From Myxococcota bacterium (GTDB taxonomy: Bacteria; Myxococcota_A; UBA9160; UBA6930), in contig OZ245002.1 in the NCBI GenBank assembly GCA_965223415.1, forward strand, positions 4,296,757 to 4,360,756: a stretch of DNA of 64,000 bases, given 5' to 3'. Positions 27,590-36,913 of the stretch are shown in pieces. How positions within the stretch are numbered: position 1 is the first letter of the stretch; every line of letters begins with the position of its first letter. The notes under the pieces are model-generated. The model worked only from the letters and a program-made list of their open reading frames with translations, was not told the DNA's origin and did no database searches. Made by a program: the position numbers and the translations under genes.

Positions 27590-28429
27590 GTGAAGTTCGG
27601 TGTCACCCTCGGCGCGCTCCACCCGGGCCTGCACCGGGACGTGGCGGTGTTCGCGGACCAGCTGGGCTTCGAGTCCGTCTGGATGCCGGAGCATCTGGTG
27701 TTTCCCCTCGACATGTCCGGCTCGCCACACCCGGGCTCGGACCAGCCGCCGGTGCCGCCGACCACGCCGGTCTATGACGCCTTCGGCTGGCTGTGCTGGC
27801 TGGCGGGGCAGACCGAGCGCATCCGTCTCGGGACGAACGTCTACCTGCTCGGCATCCGGCACCCGTTCACCGCGGCGAGGGCGGTGCAGACCCTCGACGT
27901 GGTGTCGGACGGGCGGGCGGAGATCGGCATCGGGGCGGGCTGGCTGCGCCAGGAGTGGACGGCGACGGGGCTCGACCCGCGCACCCGGGGGCGTCGCCTG
28001 GACGAGGCGCTGGCCGTCTGCAAGCGGCTCTGGAGCGAGCCGGAGATCGAGCACCGCGGCGAGTTCTTCTCCTTCGGGGCGGTGGCCTTCGAACCCAAGC
28101 CGGTGCAGAAGCCCTGGCCGCCGCTCCACGGAGGTGGCGAGTCCGATGCGGCCCTGCGCCGCGCTGCGCACCACTGTGACGGCTGGATGGGTCTCGGTCA
28201 CACCTTCGAGTCCGCACCGGCGCTGATCGCGCGCCTGCGCGAGCTGCGCCGGGAGCTCGAGCTCGAGGGAGAACCCTTCGAGATCAGCCTCGGCGGCCGG
28301 GTCGAGGGGCCCGGCGACGTCGAGCGCTGGGCCGAGCTCGGCGTGGACCGGCTGATGATCGCTCCCTGGCGCCGCTCCCGGGAGGCGATCGACGGGCTGA
28401 AACACTTCGCCGAGCAGGTGGGTGCCTAG
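27590..28429 (+). CDS. LLM-class F420-dependent-type oxidoreductase
   Basis: In-frame GTG at 27590 (VKFGVTLG...LGFESVWMPEHL...GIGAGWLRQEW). Divergent from the P450 gene with a 29-bp gap. Confidence 0.78.
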   Translation: MKFGVTLGALHPGLHRDVAVFADQLGFESVWMPEHLVFPLDMSGSPHPGSDQPPVPPTTPVYDAFGWLCWLAGQTERIRLGTNVYLLGIRHPFTAARAVQTLDVVSDGRAEIGIGAGWLRQEWTATGLDPRTRGRRLDEALAVCKRLWSEPEIEHRGEFFSFGAVAFEPKPVQKPWPPLHGGGESDAALRRAAHHCDGWMGLGHTFESAPALIARLRELRRELELEGEPFEISLGGRVEGPGDVERWAELGVDRLMIAPWRRSREAIDGLKHFAEQVGA

Positions 28430-28486
28430 CATGGGCTACGCCCCCACTGGTCCGGTGCGGAATTCGTTCGACACGAGGAGGAGACC

Positions 28487-29734
28487 GTGGGTTCCCTGAG
28501 CATGGCCGACCGCTACCAGCGCCCCGACTGGGTGCGCCGTCTGATCGCCATGGGCGACGCCGTGGGAGGGCGCGTCGAAGGTGCGCGCGGGCTCGTGCCC
28601 TTCTCGGCCGAGACGATGCTCGAGGACGCCGCGCGCTCGGTCGGCGGCGGGAGCTTCGGCGACCTGGGCGATCCGGGCTGGCAGGCCCGCTTCGAGGAGC
28701 TGGTCGAGATCGTCGACCGGGCGCCGCTCCACGTGGTGGGGCGCCTGATCACGAAGCAGGAGCTACTGCGCGCACTGCGCAGCCGCCTGCTCCTGGCGCG
28801 GGCCCTCGATCGCGAGCCCAAGGTCGCCGAGGAGCGCATCGAGGCGCCGCTGCTCGTGACGGGGCCGGCCCGCTCCGGCACGTCGATCACCTTCGAGCTG
28901 CTCTGGCTCGACCCGAGCGTGCGGGCGCCCCTCGCCTGGGAGGCGCTCCATCCGGTGCCGTCCGACGGGCTGGCCGGCGAGGGCGAGCGGCTGGCCGCGA
29001 GCGAGTGCGAGCAGGAGCTCTGGGCCGACGTCCAGCCGGAGTTCGCCGCCATCCACGAGCTGCGCTCGGACCTGCCGGTGGAGTGCGTGACCCTCACCGC
29101 CTCCTGCTTCGCCGGGCCTCACTGGCCCATGGTCGTGCCCGCGGCGGCCGCGGTGATGGACGTCGGCGTCTTCTACGACTTCCACCGCCGGATCCTGCAG
29201 GCGCTCCAGCACGGCAAGGAGCCGCAGACATGGCTGCTGAAGACGCCGTCGCACCTGACCACCATCGACGCGCTGCTCGCCACCTACCCGGATTGCTGGG
29301 TGGTGCAGACCCACCGCGACCCGGCCAAGACCATGCCCTCGACGGTGAGCACGACGGCGATGCTCCACTGGATGCGCACGGACGAGGTGGACATCGCGAC
29401 GCTCGGTACGGCGGTGGACGCCGCCTTCGCCGGTGCCCTGAACTCGGTTGCCGAGCGCCGGGCGAGCGGCGACCTGCCCGATCGATTCGTCGACGTCCAC
29501 TTCACCGAGCTGTTGAAGGACCCGGTGGAGACGCTGCGCCGGGCCTACGACAAGATGGAGCGCCCCTTCACCGAGGACTACGCCCGGAGCATCCGCGACT
29601 ACCTGGCCGAGAAGCCCAAGGGGAAGTTCGGCACGCACAAGTACACTCCGGAGGAGTGGGGCTTCGAGGCGGCCGATCTTCGCGGCCGCCTCGCGCCCTA
29701 CATCGATCACTTCGACGTCACCCTGGAGGATTGA
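28487..29734 (+). CDS. Sulfotransferase family protein
   Basis: PAPS 5'-phosphosulfate-binding loop LLVTGPARSGTSITFELL and a later LLKTPSH region. The alternative start Met 6 (28502) is possible. Confidence 0.75.
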   Translation: MGSLSMADRYQRPDWVRRLIAMGDAVGGRVEGARGLVPFSAETMLEDAARSVGGGSFGDLGDPGWQARFEELVEIVDRAPLHVVGRLITKQELLRALRSRLLLARALDREPKVAEERIEAPLLVTGPARSGTSITFELLWLDPSVRAPLAWEALHPVPSDGLAGEGERLAASECEQELWADVQPEFAAIHELRSDLPVECVTLTASCFAGPHWPMVVPAAAAVMDVGVFYDFHRRILQALQHGKEPQTWLLKTPSHLTTIDALLATYPDCWVVQTHRDPAKTMPSTVSTTAMLHWMRTDEVDIATLGTAVDAAFAGALNSVAERRASGDLPDRFVDVHFTELLKDPVETLRRAYDKMERPFTEDYARSIRDYLAEKPKGKFGTHKYTPEEWGFEAADLRGRLAPYIDHFDVTLED

Positions 29735-29737
29735 GCC

Positions 29738-30571
29738 ATGACCGCCCGCCAGCTGGACCTGGGAACCGACCACGTCCTCGCCGAGATCGAGGACCGGGTC
29801 GCGACGATCACCCTGAACCGGCCCGAGCGCCGCAACGCGCTCAGCAACGACATGCTCCAGGGCCTCGACCAGGCTCTTCAGGAGGCGGAGCGCGACCCGG
29901 AGGTGGGCTGCGTGGTGCTGACCGGAGCCGGCAAGGGCTTCTGCGCGGGCGGCGACGTCAAGGCCATGGACGAGGCGAACCAGGGGGGCGGCGGCGGAGG
30001 GGGCGGCGGCATCGATGCGGCCATCGCGCGGCAGCGGCTCTCCCAGCGCGCCACCTCGGGCAAGGTCTACACCATGCCCAAGCCGGTGCTGGCCTCGCTG
30101 CCCGGCGCGGCGGCCGGGGCGGGCTTCTCCCTCGCCATGGCCTGCGACCTCCGGATCGCGTCCGAAGCCGCCGTGCTGACGACCGCCTTCGGCAACGTCG
30201 GCTTCAGCGGCGATTACGGCGGCACCTTCTTCCTCACCCAGCTGGTCGGCTCCGCCAAGGCCCGCGAGCTCTACTTCCTGCCGGATCGGATCGACGCGGC
30301 GGAGGCCCAGCGTCTCGGGCTCGTCAACTGGGTCGTCCCCGCGGAGAAGCTCGCCGACGAGACCCGGGCCATCGCCTCACGGCTCGCCCACGGCCCCAGC
30401 GTCGCCTACCGCTACATGAAGGAGAACCTGAACCGCGCCGTCGGCGGCGACATGGGCGATTGCCTCGACCTGGAGGCCACCCACCACGTGCATACCGGCT
30501 TCACCGAAGACCACCGCAACGCCGTCCGCGCTTTCGTGGAGAAGAAGACCCCGGTCTTCAAGGGCCGCTAG
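29738..30571 (+). CDS. Enoyl-CoA hydratase/isomerase family protein with a Gly9 insertion
   Basis: TLNRPERRNAL...LTGAGKGFCAGGDV, followed by NQGGGGGGGGGID and then ASLPGAAAGAGFSLAMACD. Confidence 0.85.
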   Translation: MTARQLDLGTDHVLAEIEDRVATITLNRPERRNALSNDMLQGLDQALQEAERDPEVGCVVLTGAGKGFCAGGDVKAMDEANQGGGGGGGGGIDAAIARQRLSQRATSGKVYTMPKPVLASLPGAAAGAGFSLAMACDLRIASEAAVLTTAFGNVGFSGDYGGTFFLTQLVGSAKARELYFLPDRIDAAEAQRLGLVNWVVPAEKLADETRAIASRLAHGPSVAYRYMKENLNRAVGGDMGDCLDLEATHHVHTGFTEDHRNAVRAFVEKKTPVFKGR

Positions 30572-30589
30572 CCCAAGCCCACCCACGGC

Positions 30590-30635
30590 AACGCAACAAA
30601 CGGAACCGGCCCCTAACGCAACATCTAACGCAACA
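30590..30635. repeat. Three copies of AACGCAACA (two as CTAACGCAACA) between convergent genes
   Basis: Copies at 30590-30598, 30613-30623 and 30625-30635. The last provides the minus-strand TAG stop of the hydrolase gene. The same 11-mer recurs at 46842-46852. Confidence 0.85.
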
Positions 30636-31560
30636 GCGTGGTGTTCCAGAAGGTGGCGGCGTCGGTGAAGGCCTGGCGGCGGGCGGGCCAGTGGCCGCCG
30701 ATGTGGGCGCCGCGGATGTTGGCCTTCTCGAAGCTGGACCTGCGCTGCGAGGGCTCGCCGATGGGGTGGCGGGTGCCGTCGGAGGCCGTGAAGAACATGG
30801 CGCCGTCGGCGGCGAGGGTCAGGGTCTTGCGGCCGAGGCGGACGGCGTCGGGGAGCCAGGCGAGGGGCTCGACCGAGTCGAAGGAGTGGTGGCCGTCCGG
30901 GTAGGCGCAGATCTCGATCTCGCCGCCGCCCGCGCGCACGTCCTCGGCCAGGCCTTCCACGAAGTGGAGCGGCGTGTAGTCGTCGGCGGCGCCGTGGAGC
31001 ACGCGGATCGGCGCCGGGCTCCAGCGCCTCTCCTCCGGCCGCACGTGGGCGGCCGGATAGACCGGGAGGTGGGCTGCGAAGCGCGGCCCTTCCGGGCCGA
31101 CCAGGGCCTCGCGCAGGGGCTCGTGGGCCGCGTAGAGGGCCACGGTGCCGCCCAGGCTCCAGCCGGTGATGCCGATGCGCGACGGGTCGATCCCCGGATG
31201 GGTCACGAGCTTCTGCAACGCGCGGTAGGCGTCGGTGAGCAGCATGGCGGCGGTGACGGCCATCTGGTCCTCGACGATGCTCTGCACCTGCCGCGCCTCG
31301 AAGCTGTGCACGCGGAAGACGGCGATGCCCTGCTCGAGGGCGCGCACCATGTGCTCGTGATGGTGACCGCGCCAGCCCATGGAGCCGTGGCAGGCGACGA
31401 TCGCCGGCGCCGGGCTCGGCGCGTGCTCGGGCCACAGCAGCCATCCGAAGAGGCGCTGGGGCGGCGCCTGGTCGATGCCGCGCAGGATGTGGGTGAACTC
31501 GAAGGGGTTCGCGGAGCGGTAGGCGACGAGGCCCACGCCTCCGTCCGAGAGATCGCTCAT
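30625..31560 (-). CDS. Dienelactone hydrolase / alpha-beta hydrolase family protein
   Basis: Nucleophile elbow IGITGWSLGG. C-terminal His region LHGAADDYTP...YPDGHHSF. Confidence 0.75.
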   Translation of the reverse strand: MSDLSDGGVGLVAYRSANPFEFTHILRGIDQAPPQRLFGWLLWPEHAPSPAPAIVACHGSMGWRGHHHEHMVRALEQGIAVFRVHSFEARQVQSIVEDQMAVTAAMLLTDAYRALQKLVTHPGIDPSRIGITGWSLGGTVALYAAHEPLREALVGPEGPRFAAHLPVYPAAHVRPEERRWSPAPIRVLHGAADDYTPLHFVEGLAEDVRAGGGEIEICAYPDGHHSFDSVEPLAWLPDAVRLGRKTLTLAADGAMFFTASDGTRHPIGEPSQRRSSFEKANIRGAHIGGHWPARRQAFTDAATFWNTTLLR

Positions 31561-31569
31561 CGGCCCGCC

Positions 31570-32469
31570 TCAGCCTTCGTCCGGCTCGACCAGGAAGCCC
31601 TTCTCGTCGCGGATCTCCGGCCCCCGAACGCGGGCGCGCCCGTCACCGAACTTCTCGTCGCGCTCCCGGAAGGCCGCGCTGAGGCCCTTCTCCGCCACGG
31701 CCTTGAAGTACTCGCGGGTCGCGGGTGCCCGGTGGCCGCGGGCGTCGTTCTCCGCCGCGAGCCGCTGGAGCGTCTGGGCGCCCATCAGCTCCATGGCCAT
31801 GTTGATGATGCGCTTGTTCGCGGAGAGGAGATCCGGGTCGATCAGCGCCATGCGGTCGGCGAGGCCCTCCACCTCCTGCTCGAGGTACCGGGGCGGCACG
31901 GACTTGAGGACGAGGCCGATCTCCGCTGCCTCCGCCCCGGTGACCGTGTCGCCCGTCAGGTTCAGCCGCTTCGCCCACTGGGGGCCGCAGTGGTAGACCC
32001 AGAGGTTGTTGGGCAAGGCGCCCAGGTTGCGCGCCGGCGGGAAGCCGATGCGCGCGTCGTCCGCCGCGATCACCATGTCGCAGGCCAGGGCCAGGTCCGT
32101 CCCGCCGGCCAGGCAGGCGCCGTGCACCTGGGCGATCGAGGGCTTGTGCATGTCCCAGAGCGCGCGGATGCGCCGGTTGTTGCGCTCGAGGCCCCAGATG
32201 TCGTCGTCGATCGTGCGCCCGGTGCGGCGCGGCACGTCGTCGTCGTGCTTGCGGCGGCCCGCTCCGGCGAGGTCGTAGCCCGCGCAGAAGGCCTTGCCCG
32301 CGCCGCGCAGGATCACGCAGTGCACGCGGGTGTCCTCGTCGGCCTGCCAGCAGGCGTGCTCCAGCTCGTCGAGCAGCTGGTCCGCCAGGGCGTTGCGCTT
32401 CTCGGGGCGGTTCAGGGTGATGCGCGCCCGCCCGTCAAGGGCTTCGTAGAGGATGTACTCGTAGTCCAT
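31570..32469 (-). CDS. Enoyl-CoA hydratase (crotonase) family protein
   Basis: ITLNRPEKRNAL...LRGAGKAFCAGYDL...AQVHGACLAGGTDLALACD. Confidence 0.85.
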   Translation of the reverse strand: MDYEYILYEALDGRARITLNRPEKRNALADQLLDELEHACWQADEDTRVHCVILRGAGKAFCAGYDLAGAGRRKHDDDVPRRTGRTIDDDIWGLERNNRRIRALWDMHKPSIAQVHGACLAGGTDLALACDMVIAADDARIGFPPARNLGALPNNLWVYHCGPQWAKRLNLTGDTVTGAEAAEIGLVLKSVPPRYLEQEVEGLADRMALIDPDLLSANKRIINMAMELMGAQTLQRLAAENDARGHRAPATREYFKAVAEKGLSAAFRERDEKFGDGRARVRGPEIRDEKGFLVEPDEG

Positions 32470-32519
32470 GGGCGCAGTCTAACGCGGGCGGAATCGGGCC
32501 TGCGATAGACTGCGACCCC

Positions 32520-33710
32520 ATGATCCTGGACATCTTCTCCGAGCTCCAGAAAGCCAAGCCCTGGCCGCCCAACCACGAGAAGGCCATCCTCGACGAGGCC
32601 ATCGAGCAGGCCCGTCTGGCGGATGAGCTGGGCTACGGCTGCTGGTGGAACGTCGAGCACCACGGCGCCGTCGAGTTCAGCTACAGCTCGGCGCCGGAGA
32701 TGATCCCGGTGCTGCTCTCCCAGCACACCGAGCGCCTGCGCTTCGGCCACTCGGGCATCCTCGCGCCCTTCAACATCAACCATCCGGTGCGGGTGGCGGA
32801 GCGCGCCGCCTTCGTCGACCTGGTGAGCGGTGGCCGTCTCGAGCTGGGCCTCGCCCGCTCCGGCGGCACCGAGTGGGACACCTTCGAGGTGGACCCGGAG
32901 ACCTCGCGAGAGCAGCTGCGCGAGGCGCTCCACATGATCCCGAAGATGTGGACCGAGGCCTCCTTCAAGTGGGAGGGCCGCTTCTGCCGCGTGCCCGAGC
33001 GCGAGATCGTGCCGAAGCCCCTCCAGAAGCCCCATCCGCCCCTGTGGCAGACCTGCACCAGCCCCGAATCCTTCGAGATGGCTGGCGAGCTCGGCGTGGG
33101 CGCCCTCGCGACGACCCTGCTCTCGCCCCTGGACAGCCTGAAGGAGCTCTTCGCCCACTACCGGCGGGGCCAGGAACGCTGCCGGCCCTGCAGCCAGGTC
33201 GTGAACGAGCAGCGCTCGGTCTTCACCTTCGTCCACTGCGCCGAGAGCCGCGAGGACGCCATCGAGAGCCGCGCCGGCGAGGCGGCCCTGTGGTTCGTGA
33301 ACGCGGCACCCCGGGTCTTCCAGGTGCCGCGCTCGATCTGGATCGATGCCATCCGCGGCCAGCTCCAGGCGAACGATCCCGCCGCCACCCGCGCCCTGGA
33401 CGCCCCGGAGGAGACGCCGCGGGACGACGACCTGGACGACCCGGTGCCGGTGATCCGTCTGCTCAACCGCCAGCGGGCCGGCCAGGCTCTCGATCCCGAG
33501 GAGGTCTACGAGGTGCTCGACGCGGTCGAGTCGGTGATCATCGGCGACCCGGAGACCTGCCAGCGCAAGATGGAACGCTATGCGGCCCTCGGCGCCGACC
33601 GGCTGATGTGCCTGATGCAGTTCGGCGCCCTGTCCCAGGAGCGCATCCTCGGCAGCATCCGCCGGGTCGGCGAGGAGCTGCTGCCCACCCTTCGGGAGGT
33701 CTCGGCATGA
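32520..33710 (+). CDS. LLM-class flavin-dependent oxidoreductase
   Basis: 396 aa. LADELGYGCWWNVEHH...LVSGGRLELGLARSGG, typical of luciferase-like monooxygenases. Confidence 0.8.
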   Translation: MILDIFSELQKAKPWPPNHEKAILDEAIEQARLADELGYGCWWNVEHHGAVEFSYSSAPEMIPVLLSQHTERLRFGHSGILAPFNINHPVRVAERAAFVDLVSGGRLELGLARSGGTEWDTFEVDPETSREQLREALHMIPKMWTEASFKWEGRFCRVPEREIVPKPLQKPHPPLWQTCTSPESFEMAGELGVGALATTLLSPLDSLKELFAHYRRGQERCRPCSQVVNEQRSVFTFVHCAESREDAIESRAGEAALWFVNAAPRVFQVPRSIWIDAIRGQLQANDPAATRALDAPEETPRDDDLDDPVPVIRLLNRQRAGQALDPEEVYEVLDAVESVIIGDPETCQRKMERYAALGADRLMCLMQFGALSQERILGSIRRVGEELLPTLREVSA

Positions 33711-34528
33711 AGGAGCTGAGGGGCAAGGCCGCCGTCGTCACCGGCGGTGGCAGCGGCATCGGGCGCGGCATCGCCCTCGCGCTCGGCCGCGAAGAGATGA
33801 GCGTGATGGTGGCGGACATCGAGGCCGCGAGCGCCGAGGCCGTCTCGAAAGAGATCGTCGAGTCCGGCGGCCGGGCGCTGGCCACCCGGGTCGACGTCAC
33901 CTCCGAGGCCTCTCTCGACGAGCTGTGCCAGCGGTCGCTCTCGGCCCTGGGCGCCGTGCACCTGCTCTCGAACAACGCCGGGGTGCTCGTGCCCATGGAG
34001 GCGATGCGCACGAAGACGACGGCGGACTGGGAGTACGTCTTCTCGGTGAACGTCTTCGGCATCGTGAAGTCCGTACAGGCCTTCCTGCCCGGGATGCTCG
34101 AGCAGGGCGAGGGCCACGTGGTCAACACCGCCTCGATGGCGGGACTCGTCGCGCTCCCGACCCTGCCGATCGGCATCTACACCGCCTCGAAGTACGCCTG
34201 CGTCGGCTACACCGAGATGCTGCGCGGCGAGCTCGCGGGCACCGGCGTGAGCGCCTCGGTGCTCTGCCCGGGCATGGTGAAGTCGAACCTCACCGCCACC
34301 TCGGCGCGCAACCGCCCCGACACCTTCGGTGGCCCGGACGCCGTCCCGGGGGCGACGCCGCCGGACATGGAGGCCCGCATGATGGACGCCGCGGTGGTCG
34401 GCGAGATCGTCGTCCGCGGCGTCCGCGAGGACCGGCTGCACCTGATCACCCACCCCGAGAGCCGGGCGCTGGTCGAGCAGCGATTCCGCGGACTGCTCGA
34501 CGACTTCGACGCCGGCGGGCCGCGCTGA
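33707..34528 (+). CDS. SDR family oxidoreductase
   Basis: ATG at 33707 forming an ATGA overlap with the LLM stop. AAVVTGGGSGIGRGIA, NNAGV, YTASKYA. Confidence 0.85.
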   Translation: MKELRGKAAVVTGGGSGIGRGIALALGREEMSVMVADIEAASAEAVSKEIVESGGRALATRVDVTSEASLDELCQRSLSALGAVHLLSNNAGVLVPMEAMRTKTTADWEYVFSVNVFGIVKSVQAFLPGMLEQGEGHVVNTASMAGLVALPTLPIGIYTASKYACVGYTEMLRGELAGTGVSASVLCPGMVKSNLTATSARNRPDTFGGPDAVPGATPPDMEARMMDAAVVGEIVVRGVREDRLHLITHPESRALVEQRFRGLLDDFDAGGPR

Positions 34529-34933
34529 ATGGGCGTCCGCGGCCTCGACCACGTCGCCATCACGGTGGAGGACGTCGAGCGCACCCTCGCGTTCTACCGC
34601 CGGGTGCTCGGCGCCGAGACCCACCTCGAGGACCTGTGGCGCGAGGGCAAGATCCCCGTCGTGCTCCTCCAGGTGGGCGCGAGCCGGATCAGCGTGCACG
34701 ACGCCGCCGGACCGGCCAGCCCCCACGCGCGGGTGCCCTCGCCTGGCAGCGAGGACGTGTGCTTCCGCTGGGACGGCCCGATCGCCGGAGCCGCCGCGCA
34801 CCTCGAGGCCTGCGACGTCGAGATCGTGGAGGGCCCCGTGCCCCGGCCCGCCGCCGACGGGACCGCCGGCCAGTCCGTCTACTTCCGCGACCCGGACGGG
34901 AACCTGCTCGAGCTGCTCTCCACCGACGGCTGA
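34529..34933 (+). CDS. VOC/glyoxalase family protein
   Basis: LDHVAITVEDVERTLAFYRRVLG...YFRDPDGNLLELL. Starts immediately after the SDR stop. Confidence 0.8.
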   Translation: MGVRGLDHVAITVEDVERTLAFYRRVLGAETHLEDLWREGKIPVVLLQVGASRISVHDAAGPASPHARVPSPGSEDVCFRWDGPIAGAAAHLEACDVEIVEGPVPRPAADGTAGQSVYFRDPDGNLLELLSTDG

Positions 34934-35005
34934 GGGCCATCGCCCTTTCGTCCGCCGACGGCCGAGGCTCATCGCCCTTTCATCCGCCACCGGTAGCGTC
35001 CCTTC

Positions 35006-36064
35006 GTGAAGCGAATCGCCCTCGTCGTGGCGTTGGCCGGACTGGCCGTCGCCCTGTTGCTCGCGACCCGTCCGCGCGCGGAGGCCCCCGCCCCCGGTCC
35101 CCTCTCCCTGCTCGTGGTCGGCGATACGGGCCAGCCGATCTCCGGCCCCCTCGCGGCCCTGCGTCCCCAGTACCAGGTGGCCCGCTCCCTCGCGGCCGAG
35201 GACCGACGGGCGGCCGTACACGGCCTGGTGTTCCTGGGCGACAACTTCTACCCGGACGGCCTCGAGGACGACGAGCTCAAGGACCGCCTGCGCACGAACG
35301 TCGTCTCGCCCTATTGCCGCTTCCTCGCCTTCACCTCCCGCGGCCGGGGCAGCCTGGAGGAGAGCTGCGGCGTCGACCCGGAGGATCGCCACCCGGTCCC
35401 GCTCTACGCGGTGCTCGGCAACCACGACTACGGCGAGCGCGAGAGCCCGCAGCTCCAGAAGGAGGTCGTCCCCGCCTATCTCGAGGGCTGGCGCATGCCC
35501 GACCAGGTGGACGTCCACGAGCTGCCGGGCGGCGTGAGCCTGATCCCCTACCAGTCGATGCCCCTCGTCCGCGGCGAGAACGCGCGGGGCCTCACCCGCG
35601 CGCTTCGCCGCTCGAAAGGCCCCTTCCGGATCCTGGCCGCCCACCACCCGATCGCCGATCCGGGCAACGGCCACGACGAGAAGTACGGCCGCCGCGTGCG
35701 GCAGGCGATCGCGGCGGCGGGCGTCCCCGTCCACCTCTTCCTGGCCGGCCACGAGCACAACCTCCAGGTGATCGCCGGCGAGGGCACCGACGACGCAGCC
35801 CTCCACGTGGTGAGCGGCGCTGGCTCCGACACGCGCAAGGTGCGGGACACACCGCGGGAGCGGCTCTTCGGCGCCGAGAGCCTGGGGTTCGCCCGGGTGG
35901 ACCGCCTGGAGGAGGGCGGGGCGCCCCTGCTCCAGGTGACCGTCTACGAGGTGTCGGGCACGCCGGGTGCTGGCTACGAGGCCGCGGCGCGCTTCCGGGT
36001 CGGCCTCGAGGGGGTGAGGCTCCCTGAGGCGGGTCGTTCCGACCGGAGGTCAGCCGGAGGCTAG
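35006..36064 (+). CDS. Secreted metallophosphoesterase
   Basis: Signal peptide KRIALVVALAGLAVALLLA. Motifs VVGDTG, GDNFY, GNHDY, AHHP, GHEHN. Confidence 0.85.
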   Translation: MKRIALVVALAGLAVALLLATRPRAEAPAPGPLSLLVVGDTGQPISGPLAALRPQYQVARSLAAEDRRAAVHGLVFLGDNFYPDGLEDDELKDRLRTNVVSPYCRFLAFTSRGRGSLEESCGVDPEDRHPVPLYAVLGNHDYGERESPQLQKEVVPAYLEGWRMPDQVDVHELPGGVSLIPYQSMPLVRGENARGLTRALRRSKGPFRILAAHHPIADPGNGHDEKYGRRVRQAIAAAGVPVHLFLAGHEHNLQVIAGEGTDDAALHVVSGAGSDTRKVRDTPRERLFGAESLGFARVDRLEEGGAPLLQVTVYEVSGTPGAGYEAAARFRVGLEGVRLPEAGRSDRRSAGG

Positions 36065-36073
36065 GCTCGGCCC

Positions 36074-36913
36074 ATGCGAGCGCCTCGTCCGTCCTGGACC
36101 GCCCAGCACGTGGCGCTCGCGCGAGCGCATCTGACGTGGCGCGGGGTCCTCGCCGATCCCTTTGCGCAAACCATGCTGCGTGCGCCCGGGAGGCTCGCCG
36201 AGCGCGCGCTTCGGCATCGGCCGCTCGCGCGCAGGGGTCTCAATCGGTCGTTCGCTCATCTCGCAGGTCGTACCTGCTACTACGACGACACCGTGGGTCA
36301 GGCTCTGAGCAGCGGCGTGTCTCAGGTGGTGGTCCTGGCAGCGGGCTACGACAGCCGAGCCTGGCGGATGGAGCGGCCGGGAGTCCAGTTCTTCGAGGTC
36401 GACCATGCCGCCACCCAGAACGACAAGCGGTCGAGAGCACCCGCGGGCGGACCGCGCTACGTCGCGGCGGAGATCGGCGCCGACTCGCTCCGTCAGGCGT
36501 TGCCTGCCGCCGGCTTCGATCCGAGGGCACCTGCCGTTTTCACGATCGAGGGCCTGACGATGTACCTGAGCGAGGCCGTGGTGCGCCAACTGCTCGCGGA
36601 GCTGCGAGCCGTGGCGGCCTCCCGGAGTCACCTCATCGTCAATTTCGGGATCGGCGGCGCTGCGGGCAACTCGGGAAACAGCTTCTCGGCCGTTCGGGCC
36701 GTCGCCTCCGCGGGGAGGGAGACCTTCGACTTCGAACTCCTGCCCGACGAGGCGCCTGCATTCCTCGGCGACACGGGGTGGAGCGTCTCGGAGGTCGTCC
36801 GAGGCCCCGCGCTCGCCGGTCGCTACCTCGAAGGGACGGGACTCCCGATGGACGTGAACCCGCTGGCGTTCGTGGTACACGCAACGCGGGGCCCGCTGCC
36901 CGAGGCGCCCTAG
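36074..36913 (+). CDS. Class I SAM-dependent methyltransferase (Ppm1/LCMT-like O-methyltransferase family)
   Basis: TAQHVALARA...VVVLAAGYDSRAWRM...FFEVDH...FTIEGLTMYL. Confidence 0.8.
   Translation: MRAPRPSWTAQHVALARAHLTWRGVLADPFAQTMLRAPGRLAERALRHRPLARRGLNRSFAHLAGRTCYYDDTVGQALSSGVSQVVVLAAGYDSRAWRMERPGVQFFEVDHAATQNDKRSRAPAGGPRYVAAEIGADSLRQALPAAGFDPRAPAVFTIEGLTMYLSEAVVRQLLAELRAVAASRSHLIVNFGIGGAAGNSGNSFSAVRAVASAGRETFDFELLPDEAPAFLGDTGWSVSEVVRGPALAGRYLEGTGLPMDVNPLAFVVHATRGPLPEAP

Noticed and set aside
29005-32508. 1167-aa plus-strand ORF
   Set aside because: It overlaps the sulfotransferase and crotonase genes out of frame, then runs antisense to two minus-strand genes with clear family motifs. 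It has no recognisable domains and an Arg/Gly/Pro-dominated composition.
33578-35806. 742-aa minus-strand ORF; similar long shadow ORFs occur at 43336-45051, 45970-47781, 53419-55389, 36050-38137 and 19987-21627
   Set aside because: All lie antisense to genes with strong motif support and have Arg/Pro/Gly-rich, domain-free translations. They are treated as artefacts of GC-rich sequence.
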